A DNA stretch of 64,000 bases from Psammoneis japonica. Taxonomy: Eukaryota. A program made the translations under genes and the position numbers. The notes beneath the pieces were generated by a model, which worked only from the letters and a program-made list of their open reading frames with translations, made no database searches and was not told the origin of the DNA. This document shows positions 1 through 14,271 of this stretch, piece by piece (positions within the stretch are counted from its first letter, which is position 1; each line of letters opens with the position of its first letter). The DNA lies in contig QPGO01000036.1 in assembly GCA_008632985.1 (NCBI GenBank), forward strand, positions 396,182 through 460,181, written 5' to 3'.

Positions 1-156
1 GCATGCATTTGATTGAAGCTTGTGCAAGAAAAGTTAGTGAGACATCAGACAAAATGCAAAAAACAGCTTCATTTTGTCAAGCACTTTTGCTGGCATTTTT
101 CAAGTTCTGCTTGTTGACAATTTTGACAATGCACACTCAAAATTTTACAAAGGAAA

Positions 157-1090
157 GTGGAAACCACTGTGTTGCCGCCTCTGATGTGCCGCAAAGAAGG
201 AAAAGACAACGTCAATGAGAACCTGCCTGATGGACATCGGCTGTCCAAAGACACCTTTGACGGTCTGCCAAAGTTCTTGCCTGGACCAGATCAAGCAGAA
301 TGCCTCAGGATTGCCAAGAAAGCCGTTCACCGAGTTGTGCGAGAAGAAGAAAAGGGCACAAAGATTGACACAGTTACAGTTTGTAGACATGGTCCAAAAT
401 GAGGCTTCATGGGAAAACAAAAGTTCAACGTTGACGGGGAAATGTTTGTGGGTTGCTCTGGATTCATTCAACACGTTCAAGCCACAGCCTTGAATGAAGA
501 AATCAGAAGTGAGAAAATCACTTTGCAGACAAGTGACCAAGACTGCATGAGAGCCAAGGACTGTTTTGACCATTTCAGCAAAATGAGTGAGACAGAGCGG
601 GGGGCTGGTTGTGACTGGGGACAGACACGTGACATCAGGATGGCAGTTCCAGGCAATGTTCTTGTGTGCAGGGTCAAAGGAAGTGCCGCTGGTGGAGCAG
701 AGTGTGCAAAGGTCAAGGATGACATGTTGGAAGAGGGACTTGAGGAATTGCTCACAAGAGTCAAAACTTCAGAGCTGCATGACGAAGACAATGCCAACGA
801 CAGCGAGGACGATGGGGGCGAATGCGCAGTCCACAGCAAAACAAGCTGTTGCCAAAAAGCCGAAAGTTTTGACAAGGACATTTTGAAAGAAACTTGAGAA
901 GCTCAAAATCCTCAAAATTGACAACCTCCAGCAGCTGAGAGTGAAAATGAAAGATGGAAAGCTCAGCAAGGAATTGAAAGACGTCTTGCTGTTGGAAGAG
1001 GACAGCAGAATCAAGGAGACCCTCAATTCAAACCAATCCAGCCCAACACTGGCCATGTTGTTTTTGTTGCCAGGCTTGCAGAATCCATGA
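157..1090 (+). pseudogene. Decayed protein-coding relic of unknown family, probably repeat-borne
   Basis: Collinear charged, protein-like ORF pieces (157-402, 409-897, and the continuation KLEKLKILKIDNLQQL...) are separated by TGA stops or frameshifts. No motif recognised. Confidence 0.3.
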
Positions 1091-4000
1091 AAGGCCAACA
1101 ATGGTGTGTTCCTGTGTGCCAGTCTGCAGGTCATGGCCACAAGATTGAGGACCCCAAAAGCAGGAAAGTGCTTGGGCATCACAAAGGAGTTGAGCACCAC
1201 ACAAAGTCATTTTGGAAGCAGAATGATGGAACTTGGGTCAAGAAGGGCGGCGGGGACACTCGAGGACATTCTGAAATCACAGCAGGTTGCCTGATGTCCT
1301 GAGCCGGTTGCAGTGGCCAGCTTCTACACAGGAACATGTGGGCGCAGCACAGCAGATGTGAATGAAGGGAAAGACAATGCCACATGGTGAACATGGTCAT
1401 GTTGCAGCAGTTTGCTGCTCTGCATGGCCAGCTCAGGGCCAGAGTGCAAGTCATTGGGGGCTTCTGTTCAGCCAAGCTCTCCTTGTGGCGACCACAAAGC
1501 ATTCGGCAGCTTGCATTGAATGATCACTCAAGTTGTGGAAATGCCTTTACCCCTCACCCACAATCAAACAAAGATTCAAGACTCACCACTGTCAGGGTCA
1601 GGTGCAAGCCCCTCTGCTGATGCAGGATGAAAACCACAGTCATTGTCTTCTGTGCAGTGCTGCTCGATGAGGACATGGTGGTTAAAGTTTGAGCCATTCT
1701 ACACTGCCGCTCGTCTTCAACAGTGAAGCTTCATCCACTCTTGGTCAGGGCCATCTGAACAACATGTTCACCCATGTGGTGCAAGGCCCACACACACACT
1801 CCTGGGCTGTGATTCTGATGTTTGACTCCAATGAAAAACAAGCCAATGTTGCATGGGCTGCAAAGACAGTGTTGACAACATCTTTCACCTCTTTTTCTTT
1901 TTGAGAAGTCAACCAGTTGTTGCCACACACATTGCTCTCATTCAGCAGTCAGAGTGAGGTCAAATCCAAGCTTCTTTGGGGTTTTAGCAATGACGATTGG
2001 TGTGCTGTTCTTCACCAACCACTCCTTGGCATTCAACATCCTGACATCTTTTTCAACTGTGGGGGACTTTTTTCCTCCAGCAACCCACACAACACCTTGG
2101 ACAGACATGGCCCAACAAGAGAAAGAGAAGAGCATGCCACCAAGCAAAGCTGTGTGATCAAAAAGGCACACAGGTGCAACTTTGTGCTGGCGCTGCATCA
2201 CAAAATGGCAGTTGAGAAGAACTCCACAATGAGTGGGGAGGTGGCTGTTCTGTCATGCCAACAAAAACTGCCAAATCCAACAAAACATGCCCCAGGAGCA
2301 ACCTGCTGTGCCACTCTTCCTTGTTTTCCAACACAGACAGTTGGTCCATTCCTGGGCCCATCCCCACAACACCGCTGCAAACAGGGTGAGAGAATGTTGT
2401 TGTCCAGTGCTGCATGCACAAAAACTTGTTGCTGGGCTCCTCACCCTCTCATGGCCACAAAAAAGCAAAGTTTTTGGCTTGCATCAAACAGCTTCACCTT
2501 TGGGTTTTTCCTGTTCTCCAAAAGAAAATGTTGGTGAAGACATTGTCATCATTTGGCACACACTCTTTTCTAAAAACTTGCCTTCTCCAAAGCTTTGTCT
2601 TTTGCAAGTTGTCTTTTTCTTTCAAGTCACCCTTTTTCAAATCACTTTTCCAATGTGTTGCTTTTTCTTCTTCTGAGCCAGCTTCATCTTTGAGTCATCT
2701 TTTTCCCAAAAGACAATCTCTTTCTGAGTCATTTCTTTTTTGGCAGCAGTCTCCAACTGTGGTCATTTTCTCATCAAGCACTGCAAAGGGAAGTTTGGTT
2801 GCAGGTGCAGCCCCCTGCTCTTTTGCAAGGAGCTGAGCTGAGCTTTGCCACATGTGGCTCACCAAACTGCCAGGTGCTTGAAGGCTCAGGTGAGGAAGGG
2901 GGCCGCTTTTCAATCTGCCTGACCAGCACTGCTGTTTCTTCTTTTGCCTTTGGTTTTGATTGTCAGGGTGATCCACAAAGTTGTGGCTTTCTTCTTTTCA
3001 CTTCCTCCTGCCTCTTTTAGGAGGTGCCAGTGATGAAGGGGGGGGGTGATGCAGATGATTGGAGCTTGAAGTTTGACAAGCGCACTGGTCATGAGTGAGT
3101 GGCACTTGGTCGTCACAGGTGCAACAAGAGAGACTCAGTGTTTGGCCAGTCTTGTCGGTCAAAACAAACCAGCTCCAAGTTTTCTTTGGATGAACAATGG
3201 GCTCCAACTTCTGGCTTCTCATTGACAAATGAGCCAAGCAGTGACACAAAGCTGGGCCAGGTTAAATTGAACAAAGAAGCTGACAACAGATGACACAACA
3301 TTCTCATGAGTGCCATCTTGCCAGCACTTGTGCTGCTGGGGGCTGGAGGGTTGGTTCTCACCCCACCCAGAGCCACGATTGCATTTGATGCCCAAGAGAC
3401 CCCCTGGACCCTGCAGCACAATGCAGCTTCAAATGCCAAACCATGGCTGGAGCTGCGCACTGCCCCCAAAGACAGGCCAAGAAAAACAGTGCACGGAGAA
3501 GAGGGAAAAATTGACATTTCTTGGCCAACCCTGATGTGTGTCATCCCATTGAAGCCTTTGCTTCTTGGCCTCAGATGCAGCAATTGGCTGTCACAAAGGG
3601 GCACAAGATGCTGCAAATGAGGGCCAAGTGCAGCTTTGGTCAGTGCTGACTGTCTGGACCCCAGAAGCCCCAGATGACACCCCTTGCAAGTCTGTTGTTC
3701 TGCATGTGCTGCAAAAGATCAGCTGAGTTGGCAGTGTGTCTTTTTTGCACTGTGCAACACTGAGCAACCCAGGAGCAGAGCCAGTGCTGTGCAAGAAGGC
3801 CAGGTCAACCTCCTTTTTGAGCTTTGTCAAAAAGATGTGAAATGAGCCAGAACACCTCTGCAAATGAGAGAATGAGTTCATGGACAAGCAGATCTGCTGT
3901 GTGTTGCAGTCTCGTGTTTTTGGAGAAAATCATGATTGAGCAACAGGGTGCCCCATCACAGGCCAAGCAAAGTTGTGGGTGTTTGTTGTTGAAAGGGGAG

Positions 4001-4609
4001 GCATGCCTTTCTTTGGAGTCCAAGCAAGGACATGGGTGGCCAAAACACATGCTGCTTTCTCAGAGCCAAGGTGGGGTGGGTGCCTTGAAGAACACTCCAT
4101 GCGCAGCAGCCATGTTCAAAAAATGTGTTGCAAACAGCCATTTTGAAAGACCAGGAGCATGCTGTTGACACTGAACAAGGTTTTGATGTCACAGGCTGGC
4201 ATGAGCTGGTACATCCACAAACAATGTGACAGAGTTCCCTGGCAGCAAGCTGCAAGAGCGAACTCACCCTTTTGGTCCCTGACTTGACTCTGGTGTCATG
4301 GCTTTGAGGGCCAAATGATGCCACCGGCAAAACCCACATTTTCTTGTTTGGTTTGCATTTGGAGAGTTGGCTTGTGTGGAGATGTTCTGTCTCTCCACCA
4401 GCTTGTCACTGTGCTGGTTGCCAAATCAACATCTTGCCATCAACAACAAAAATGTTGCTTGTTGCTGCAACTTGGTGGTGCCTTCATTGTCGCTTTTGTG
4501 TCTTTTTTTGTTGGTGCTGATGCTGTGCATGAGACTTCTCCATCTCTGAGTTCTGCTCTCTGCAGGGCAGGGGGTTTGCAGGCCTCTCGGCACTGTGCAG
4601 TGTAGATTC

Positions 4610-7400
4610 TACTGCCAGCAGAGAGATTCAATGAGATGATGGACTCTGCTGCACTTCCGCTCCGCACGCAACTCCTCCTCCTCCTCCACTCTGCCCGCCC
4701 TCCCTGCTCCTCCTCCATCCTCCCTCCTCGCACAAAAATTGTGGCATTGTCCATGTGCCATTTGCGGTTCTTCTTGGCATTCAGGATGCACAGCTCAAAT
4801 GTTTCATTGCCCTTTTGATTGCGGAGAGGGTGGTTCACAAAGGTGCTCCAGCTGAACACTCACCCCTGGTGGGCATTCGAGTCTGGCTTTGCAAGAATTC
4901 TGGCATCAACCAAAGCAATTTTGGGGAATCTACATGAGTTCTGAACCCACCATTCACCCACTTTGAAAAGTTTTGTGAGCTGCAATGCATGCAGTTGAGG
5001 AGCTTGACCTTGTCTCACTTTTAAACTGTGCACGTCAACACCCTGAGCTTTGAGAACTGCCAGCCAATTCTCTTTGATCTGCCAGAACTGGCTGACTTCT
5101 TCCTTGGCAAGTTTCTTGGGGCTGTCCTGTGCATCATTGTCTGCGGAATCAGCTGGCTCCAACTCAGCCATGAGAGAAGTGAGAAACACCAGCTCATCAT
5201 CATCATTGTCATCCTCTCACACAACAGGAGGATCACCAGCACTGTTGGATGAAGATTCAGGTGCAGGGTTGGGGTCGGAGTTGTCTTCATCGCCGCAGAT
5301 GCTGTTGGGGGGAGGGTGCATGGCTTTCACCTTGTTTTGCAACAGCTCCCCAGCCCGGCCCATCAAGGTGCATGCCTTGTCTGAGTCAATCATTTCCATG
5401 CACTTCAATCCACATGCATGTCGCCACAACAGGGTGACACGCGACAGCCAGCAACTGATCGTCCGTTGGCTCGGCAAGGTGTGGATCCATTTCTGAGAGA
5501 ATCCTCTGGTGCAGTTTCCGTCCAAAAGCAGAGAGAGGGTGGCACACCTTGGGAAGATCACTGCAGGAGGTGTTGGCGCTTGGCCAGAACTTGTCACCTC
5601 CCACTGAGGTCAACAATCTTCAGCTTGGATGCATCGGCAATGCGAGCCCATGCAGTCATGCAGTCCATGAGCGACACTGCAATGGCGGCACGTTTGTCAG
5701 CTTGAACTGACATGGAGCAATCATGAAGAGGGTGCAACAAAGCAGCTTTCTCTGCAGTGCAGAGCCAGTCCTCCTCCTTCTCAAGAACCTTGCTGTTTGC
5801 AGCAGATCTGTCACCCATCAACAAAGTGTGACATTTGATCCCGTGATGCAACACAAGCAGCTGCTGACAGAGCAGTGACACACCTGCCACTCAAGTGTCG
5901 CCAGGCAAAGACACAGCTGTGGGATCCTTGCAGCCGCTGCAGCCATGCTCAACTGTGACATTCACAAACTTGCAGTGGCGCGCTTTGTTCCTCTTGCCAA
6001 CATCCAATCAACTGGCTTCTTGGCTGAATTTAGAATCCGCATCGACTCATCAAATGAATCAACCACTGCACGGTTCTGTGTCCGCTTGGCAATGCCAGCA
6101 GAGTGCTTGATGACAAGTTCAATGACATGCATCTGCAACAAATGGGACAGCAGCAAACAAGTTAGAGTTGGAACACTGTTGAAACAATTAACAGTGCACT
6201 GGAAGTGTGGGTTAGCCAGCGCCGGCTTAGCTGGCAAAGGAGTGATGGCACTTTAAATGTGGATCTGGTTTTTTGATGGGCTGCATGCCTGGCATGTGCC
6301 TTCAATGTCTTCATCATCTGAGGCAGCAACAATGAGACTGCCAAGAGAAACGGCAGAGTTTGTTGTGTCATTGACCAAACAGCACAAGTCGTCCTCTGCA
6401 ATTCCCAAACAACTGCCTGGCTCCCTTTTGACAATGTCAGACAGAGACGCTGCTTTATGAGCAGAGACATCCTTGAGCAGAACGCAGACACGATGATGGG
6501 CAAAATTCTTGGGGTCAACAAAGGCAATGGAAAGTCCAAGCTTGGCTTCACCATCCTTTTCCCAACAGTCATGCATGACCAAGATAAATGATTTGGGTGC
6601 CCCCGTGGCGTGAATGCAGTGAGTGCGGATTTGGTCAAGCATGGCATGAGTTGCCTCCACAGCAGCTGCAAAATGACAAAGCATGACATTGTTGCACCGC
6701 ACTTGGCCAATTTGATGATCCTTGGTGTCTTTTAAATCCTTGGCATGATCAATGGCATGTGTCATGAGGTTGCAAAACTGCTTGCTTTGTGCTGCCCATG
6801 CAGAGATGTTGTTGTCATGAACACAACAACATGGTTCTCGCACTCATGAATGACCCGTGCCTTCTTTGGGTGATGACCCACGAAGCCTTGCATTGATGGC
6901 TGTCAAGGCTGACCTTTGCGTTTTGTCATCAGAGCAGAAGCAGCAGAAGACAATCCTGTGAACCCGCTCAGTGGAGAAGCTGCTGCCAACGTTGACCCAG
7001 ATCCAGATGACACATCTGCCATTGTCAACATGGATGACAAAAGCTTCTGTGTCTTTTTCTGTTTTCTTTCTTCAAGCAGGATGCTGATTTCAGGATGCTG
7101 CTTGTGATTGTTTGTCAAGTGCACCCATGTGCATTTGCAGTGGCCAGGTTTTTGAGACCAACAAGTGCCTGTGCCAAAGGGATGCGTGGGTTCTCAAAGC
7201 ACGATGGTGCACAAATGCATGTGTTCTTGCTTGTGTCTTGCATCCTGGAATGACCCCGTGTCTTCTTTTGCCCTTCCTGGTCCTCATCAATGAGCTTGCA
7301 ATGGCGAAAGCATTTCCACACATCAGATGTTGACTTCTTTCCCTGTGGGGGACCAAGATCCATCACCAACAACTTTTCCTGATTCACGCGTTGCAGATGA
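4610..7400 (-). mobile_element. hAT-superfamily DNA transposon, degenerate transposase
   Basis: Motifs in order on the minus strand: BED-finger-like STSDVWKCF...CICAPSC...HLTNNHKQH (~7350-7090); first catalytic region ILVMHDCW; VNDTTNSA (cf. VTDNASN); QMHVIELVIKHSAG (CxxH region); TRVAG; and a dimerisation-domain-like WWVQN..RFPKIALVDARILAKPDSNAHQ...VFS (~4960-4800). Several frameshifts and stops. Confidence 0.8.
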
Positions 7401-7707
7401 GCATCATCCTGTGCGCGAAACTGCTCTGACAGTTGTTGCATTTGTGCTTGGCACTCCCTGCTTTGCTCATCTTGCTGTTGCTGAGTGGAGGAGGGTTCTG
7501 GGTTGTCTGCACCATTTGGATCCCCATGATTCGAACGGGTTGTCATTGGTGCTGACATCACAAGCGTTGTCACATCGGCTTTGTCATCGTTGCGGTGGCA
7601 TCAATGGACATCGGCAATTGATTGGCATGGTCCGCAGGCACCAGCGCCGGTTCTGCATGAGACACAATGCACAGGCTCAGATGCAAGCTCTAAGAACTTG
7701 CACTTGT

Positions 7708-7865
7708 GAGTCAAAGCAGTCATGGGAGTCATTGCACAAGTCAACCAATGAGTCATTTCACAGGGCAACTCAAGTCACAGTCAAAGTCATTTCAAAGAAA
7801 CGGGTGTTGACCATGGTCACAGTTGCAGTCATCATCTTGTCAGACAGTCATCAGTCAAGTCACAG
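7708..7865. repeat. Cluster of AGTCA/GTCA motifs, likely hAT subterminal repeats
   Basis: More than ten (A)GTCA copies in ~160 bp just upstream of the minus-strand transposase. hAT ends typically carry short repeated transposase-binding motifs. Confidence 0.45.
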
Positions 7866-7899
7866 TGCAGTGGGTGCAATTCTGAACAGACTGACACAC

Positions 7900-10800
7900 C
7901 CCACCACTGAATCACAATTCTGTGCACACTCTCATTGAACCTGCCCACATGTTTTCAATGCCAGGTCCTCCGCAGAACAGCCAACCACCATGGTGTCTTC
8001 TTCCACCACTGATGGCAGCCACACCCCTGCTCTTCCCAATGATTCCACCATGGCAGATGAAGCTGCTGTGTGGACAACTCATCCCTTGAGCCTGCCAACA
8101 AGCTGACCAAGTGTCAGGTTGAAGAGATTGCCATCCGATTCAAAATTTGTGGCCCTGAGGCATCGTGTGAGCCCACAACCCTGATCACCACTCATCTGCA
8201 AGTCTCACAACAGATTCTCTTCACTTGCCACAAGGATGTCAAAATCCCAGACAACCACAACAACGAGATCACAAATGTCAATGTGGCAGATTGGGTTTCG
8301 TCTTTGCAGCATGAACGTCACTTTGGGATGTCCACCACACGCAGTGGCGACAAACACCCCGTTGCTCATCACTCATGCCATTGCATCCTCACCAAAGTTC
8401 CTCTTCGCGACATCCGATCTCATCATCACATCCAAAGCATTTTGGATTTGAACAACATGGGCATGAAACGCCATTTCTGGAATGAATCTGACACTGATGC
8501 TGCCAACTGCATTGCCACGGCAATGAAACATGCTCCAATTGACGAGGCTGCCAAAATGTTTCTCAGTGATCTCTTGGAGAGTTTAGGACCAAGATGTCTC
8601 AGTTTTGGCTGGTGCCCACCTCTGTCCATGCAGACAACAACGGCATTGCCACTCCCTTGTGCACAACAACCTTTGCAATTGAAGTGAAACAGGATGAGTG
8701 CCATGCTGCAAGAAAAGTCTTGTCACATGCTTCAAATGAGCTTCCGACCCACATTGTCATGGCAAAAACGTGACACCTGTCACCGTTGGCATTTTACAAT
8801 GCAATCAAGACCCAAGCTTGTCACAATGACAACACATGCGTGATTCCTCTGTTGTGCACGTCACCCGACATGATGTTTTATTTTGGCGACAATCCAAAGG
8901 CTTTAAAAGGAGTCCAAGCCATTTTTCCCACCACTTTGGTTAAAGGACGGCACAATGTCTTGGTCAATTGTGCTGACTTCAAATCCGCGAGAGCTGCAAT
9001 CTCCACGTGCATTTTGAATTTGATCCCGAGCCTCCTCAAAGAATCCTGTCCTTCCCCTCCCTTTCTGGATCATCCCCAGGTTTCTGGTGCATTTGACGAG
9101 CAATCAGACATGAGCAAATCTGTTGTGTTGGCCAGCATTCGGAGTCTTGAATCTTTAACTTCTTGGACGTCTCCCCCCCCTGACAGATGCTCAAGCTTCC
9201 AATGCAAACTGCCCTCTGCCTGCTGCTCATCCTGGCAGAGGTCATGCAGGACAAGGTCCTGTTCCCGGTTGCGGTGCTTCCCAGAGTTCTCCAGTTCCTC
9301 CACAGATTTTCACCCAACTCACTTCTTGCACGCCTTCAACCTTTGGTTGTTCTGGACATCCAGGTCTTAATTCTCCCCAATGTTCCTGTGCTCAAGCTGC
9401 TCAGTCTGCCACCAGTTCCTCCCTCACGTTGACACAAATGGCTGAAGTGCAACAAACTTTGTCCAAGATGCAAGAGAAAACTGACAAGGCTCCGGGAGAT
9501 CTTCGTCAACAGAACTCCCAGGACATGGAAGCTTTGAACTCTACATTCGCCAAACAACACACCAATGACATCACTGCATTGCAGTCACAGCATTCTCAGC
9601 AACTGGCAGGAATGCAGGCGCAGATGAATCAGATTGTTCAACTGTTGCAAGCCAATCAGAGACTGCTCAAAGCTCCACCAGAAAACAACCAAATGACATG
9701 GAAATGCCAGATTGGTCCAGCAATGGTCACAACAAGGAGAAGGATTTTTAGAATGGGGTTGGACTTTGCCGCCTCCACCNNCCCCCCCCCCCCCACAGAC
9801 AATCAGGCACCCTCCAGACATCCCCCCAAGAGATGCGACTCTCACTCTTGCCCACATTTTCTGTTGCACATCTCGACACCGCTGATTCGCTCCCCTCTCA
9901 GCATCCAATGGCACACATTGCTCCAAGCCCCAGTCTTCTCCTTGGAGGAGCATGGCCCAACCATGAGCAGCAAAGTTTACAGTGCATCTTCTGTCCAAGT
10001 TTGGCAGTCCATTCTAGACGGCAGAAGCAATCACCTCCCTGCCAATCGCCGCATTGATTTTTCCCGCCTGCATTCAAACAAGTCAATTTGGCATGACATC
10101 AAGCCAAAGCTTTCCCATCACACCAGATTGCACACCTTCAATGCCAACAGTTGCAAATTTGATAAAAGGGGTGGAGACATGTTGAGCTGCTGCCAGATTG
10201 CCAATGAGATTCAGGCTGATGTCATCGGCATCTCTCAGAAGTTTGTCTGGATGCTGTGCAGTGCGACGTTCTCTCACCTTCTTGATCGGCTGTTCAAAAT
10301 GTGATGAGCCATGGTTGCAGCACATTTTCCTGCAGCTCTGCTGCTTTTGCCACTCGAAGCAAACTTGGAGGCACTGCCACCATTTTGGAAATTCCATCTC
10401 CGCTGGATGTTGCAGTGTCAAGAATCTGATCCGTTGGGTTGCTGGTCCATCCAAGTGTTCAATGGCCAAAACGGATTGCAGGTCATGTTCATGTCGTGCT
10501 GTTGGGTTTGTTTGAAGAATCAAAAGGCACCTGGTTGCACTGCTGCACATGCACAACAAGCACCACTGCTGCGCCAACAAGGTTGTCAAAACACTGATCC
10601 CCAGAAAGCCTTTTGCTCGGATCCATCTTGGCTCCAGGAATTTCTCACAGACAGCAATCACGAGGTCATTTTATTCGGAGACTTCAACACGGACTTCACG
10701 GCTGACACTGAGTCCCTTGCTTTGCTTGCACAGCGATTTAATGTGTCCAATGTTCTGTTCAACTTGATGGGTGACACGGAATTTTCTACCTGCGCTCAAG

Positions 10801-12520
10801 GTTCTGAGCAACTCAATTGTGTTCTCGCTGCCCCAGGTGCTTTGGCTGCTGCTCACTTCGGTGGATCACGTCAGATCATCACACTTGCAACGTTGATTTT
10901 GACACATTGGCTCTGTTTGGAAACCCTGCTGTTGACCTGCTGAAGGCTTGTCATTGTGACATTCTGTCTTCCTCCAAACCTCAGGTGACAACGCATCTCA
11001 AAACTGTCGGACCCATGCTGACCAGCCACAATGTTCTGTCTTGCTCACAGGCTCTTCTTGATCTTGACAAACTGGACCATGAGTTGGCCAAGCAATTGGA
11101 CAGAGACCTCTTGCAATTCTCTTTGGCTGCAGCAAAGAAATGCCAAGCACACCGTGAGCCAGAATGGTCTGTTGAGCTTGCTCAGCTTCAACACAGAGTG
11201 TGCATTTTGAGCCGCGTCATGTCCATGATGTGCACTCACATTGATCGCATCCACCATGTCAGAAACATTTGGAATCAAATTGAGGGCTCCTTCATTGTTC
11301 CTGAGACTGTGGCTGAATGTCAGGCAGCTTTTTGCAAGGCCCAGTGGGGCTGCCAAAAGGTGGCAGCAGATGGCATTGCATGCAGAGAATGTGAGACGAC
11401 AGAGAAGATTGCATCCTTGGAATTGGAAGGCACCAAGGCATCCAGAAGGAAAGCAACCATCCTGCGCATCATTGGAAAAGCAGAAGAAATCAAACGTTTG
11501 TCCCGCAAGATCAAGCGCTGCAAGGCAGACACCAGTTTGGGAACAAATGGTGTCCAGGTGCCCTGTGACCCCTCAGTGAGCCCAAAAGAGTGTGATGAAT
11601 GGGTCACCATTGATGCTCCAGTGGACGTCTCTGCTGCTCTCCGCCTGCGCAATCAAAAACACTTTGGACAGGCCCACGGCACTCCTCCTGCTGTCCCTCC
11701 CTTGTCAGTGGATTTGGGTTGTGTTGGTGATGCAATCTCTCTGCTGATCTGATTCTTGACGGTGAATGTGACGCTGATCAACTCAAAGAAGCCACCTCGC
11801 TGTTTGTGCTCCATCTCAAATTTCACTTCTGCCTCCATCAAGTCAGGACTTCACCTGGGCCATTGGAAAGCCATGTGCGCTCTGCACTCCCACTCTCAGG
11901 CTGCTGCCCCGGACGGCGACCCCACCGAGGAAGACTGTCAGCATCTGGATGAGGTGCAACATGCCCTCACTCAAATGAGGCTGAACCCACTGAACTGCGC
12001 TCCATGCTGGGGACATTTCTGTGACCAATGAAAAGACATCGTCAATGTCATGATCTTTAAAGAGGCTGGGAACAACAAGATGAACCACTGAGAGTCATTC
12101 ACATCCATGAGGCTGACTTCCAGCTCATCTCCAGTGTCATGTGTGGTGCTCCCTTGCTCAGAACATGGAGCAATGCAAGCTTTGCAATCCTGGGATGTGT
12201 GGTGGTTGTCCTTTTTTGAACGCTGACACCCCCGTGTGCCTTGAGGAGTTGATGCTTGCTTTTGGTCGGGTCTCCAGAAAGACAGCCATTCACAGCGACG
12301 ACGATTGCACCTCCTGTTGCGATCAGAACATTCCAGCTCCAGCTGCTCTTGAGAGTTGCAGCGGCAGCATGCCAAGAGAAGTGACTCAAACAGCGAACCA
12401 CACCTTGGAGCAAGCATGGCACTGGTTGAAAACTGCCATTGGCTCATCCGACACGCCCCATTCCCATTCAACCGACTCTCCAATTTGTGGCACAGGGCAA
12501 GGCAGTGGGGTCTCTGGGAC
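7900..12520 (+). mobile_element. Non-LTR retrotransposon (APE endonuclease + RT, resembling diatom Ambal-type LINEs), degenerate and truncated within RT
   Basis: ORF1-like region ends in a coiled coil (9429-9690). APE motifs: FNANS...QADVIGISQ, SDPLGCWS, VILFGDFN, FSTCAQGSEQLNCVL, SDHH. RT motifs: SGLHLGHWKAM (cf. SGRHLGHYKAL), IVNVMIFKEAGN, RVIHIHEADF, DDDCTSCCDQ (cf. DNDAxACYDR), PICGTGQGSG (cf. PIYGTGQGS). Similarity stops at ~12515. Confidence 0.85.
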
Positions 12521-14271
12521 CAGCACAACAATGCCATCTATGGCCATGACTCTGAGACCAGCAAATCAGCACAGAGGAGGGACACGAAGGCTGAGGTCAA
12601 GGCTGTGCATTCTCGATCTGACGATTGCTTTTGGCCAAAGATCAGCAGAACTGCTCGACTCGGTTGAAGAACATCTGATGCACTCCACTCACAGGCTCGC
12701 AGTTGGTTGGCCATTGTTGGACCGACATTCAAATCCAGCATCCGTGAGGCAAAACGTTTGGCAGTGCGAGGAACACGCGCTGTCGCCAGTTGCTTTGGCG
12801 CGGCATCACCTGATGGTGATGCCATTTCAGGCTGATCGCCACATGCCCCTGCCGCGCGCAAGGTGTGCTGGGGGTGTGGGTTGGCTTGTTGCCGGAGTTG
12901 CGGGGCGGAAGCGTGATGGCACCTTAAATGTGGATGTTTTGTTTTGGTCCCACCACTGCCACTGAATCGATTATTTTTGCCACACACATGATGTCGTCGG
13001 CATCTTTGAAATTTTCTCGCACTTTCCAAGCACTTCCTGATGTTTTGTCGGCACTTTCTTCTTGAATCGAAATAATTAGCCATACAATGAGTCGAAGTGA
13101 AAGCGTTGGAACAACACGTACCGTACGGTAGTACATATATACAGGAATATACGTTTGATTTGAATCTGGCGATGACACTTCGCCCCATCGCTGTCTCAAA
13201 ACCAAGCCACTGTAGAACCGATCGTTATCTCCAAGTTGTGTCTCCACATGGCATGTTGACTGGATGAGGCTTAAAAAAAGGAAATGTCTAATGACGCGGA
13301 AAGTAATGGCTTGACAGCATCGACAACAACGTGGCCGCTCCTGCTCAGGCCACATTTCTTATCTTGGTGACGCCACCAACAACGCGGCCGTTCCTTTTGG
13401 CACCAATATTTTCAACGTTACTGCGCCAACAGGATCCGATGGCAGGCCTCCTCTACATCCTAATCGCCGAAATGAGGAGGATCAAGAGATGGGTTTTTCC
13501 TGATTCAAGACCTGTTCAAGTGATTGCTTCTTCTTGTGGCTTCTGGTCGTCAAGTTGGATCAAATAGAATGGCTGGGTTTAAAAAAAAAATATCCCATGT
13601 AGCAGCCAAACGAGTGCTATGAACTTGCTACCAGTTACCGGTACTCCAAATTTTAGACAACATGAACGTTTCCGTTTCATCAAGGATGATGGTCGCGGCA
13701 TCGTCGTGAAACCCCAAGCTATATAAATCGATGGCAAAAAATACAATGGCTTCGATTGTGCAGTACAGCGAGAATTTCAAATGTCAATCGACGCCTTAGA
13801 CAATGGGCCGTGTCATCTAGCAGCCGACAGCATCAAGGGTCTTCAACGAGCAAGGAAAATAGCGTAGACAATGTGAAACAGTCAGTGGCGGAGACTCTCG
13901 AGACCATTGATAACTCGAAGGACTCTGTTTTCAGGGTGCAAATAGATCTACAGACAGCGACGGTGGAAATAATTTGAGCCTGGGATAGGAATGTAGCTGA
14001 AGGACCCGAGCTGGCAATGAAACGGAACTCTAGCACAGGCCACGATCGACGCATAATGGCCGCCTTGATCGAAACCCCCCTAAGTCTAATGAAAGTCTCG
14101 CCAGCGAAATGATAGAAGTATATCAACCAAGAATCTGGCGAACGAATTTATGTCTCGGAAGTATTGTTGCCCCAGTAAATGAAAGGGTGTTACCAAAAAC
14201 TCTACCATGCAAACCACGAGCTAAGGAAGTAAGTCGGCGACCAACCAGAATTGAGTTCGAGTATCCATGTA

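Larger units (their letters stand above)
1..12960. other. TpA-depleted hypermutated repeat domain 1 (CpG also depleted over most of it)
   Basis: TA is almost absent for kilobases and TG/CA is in strong excess. ORFs in all six frames are Cys/His-rich and nearly Tyr-free. Normal TA frequency resumes at ~12970-13140 (e.g. gtacatatatacagg). Confidence 0.9.

Noticed and set aside
9779..9794. NN next to a poly-C run
   Set aside because: Assembly ambiguity at a homopolymer, not a biological feature.
1..12960. Dense overlapping Cys/His-rich ORFs in all six frames, here and in the other depleted domains, as novel metal-binding proteins or an alternative genetic code
   Set aside because: Loss of TA removes TAA/TAG stops and Tyr codons on both strands, inflating ORFs. 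Adjacent host genes use the standard code with normal Tyr.
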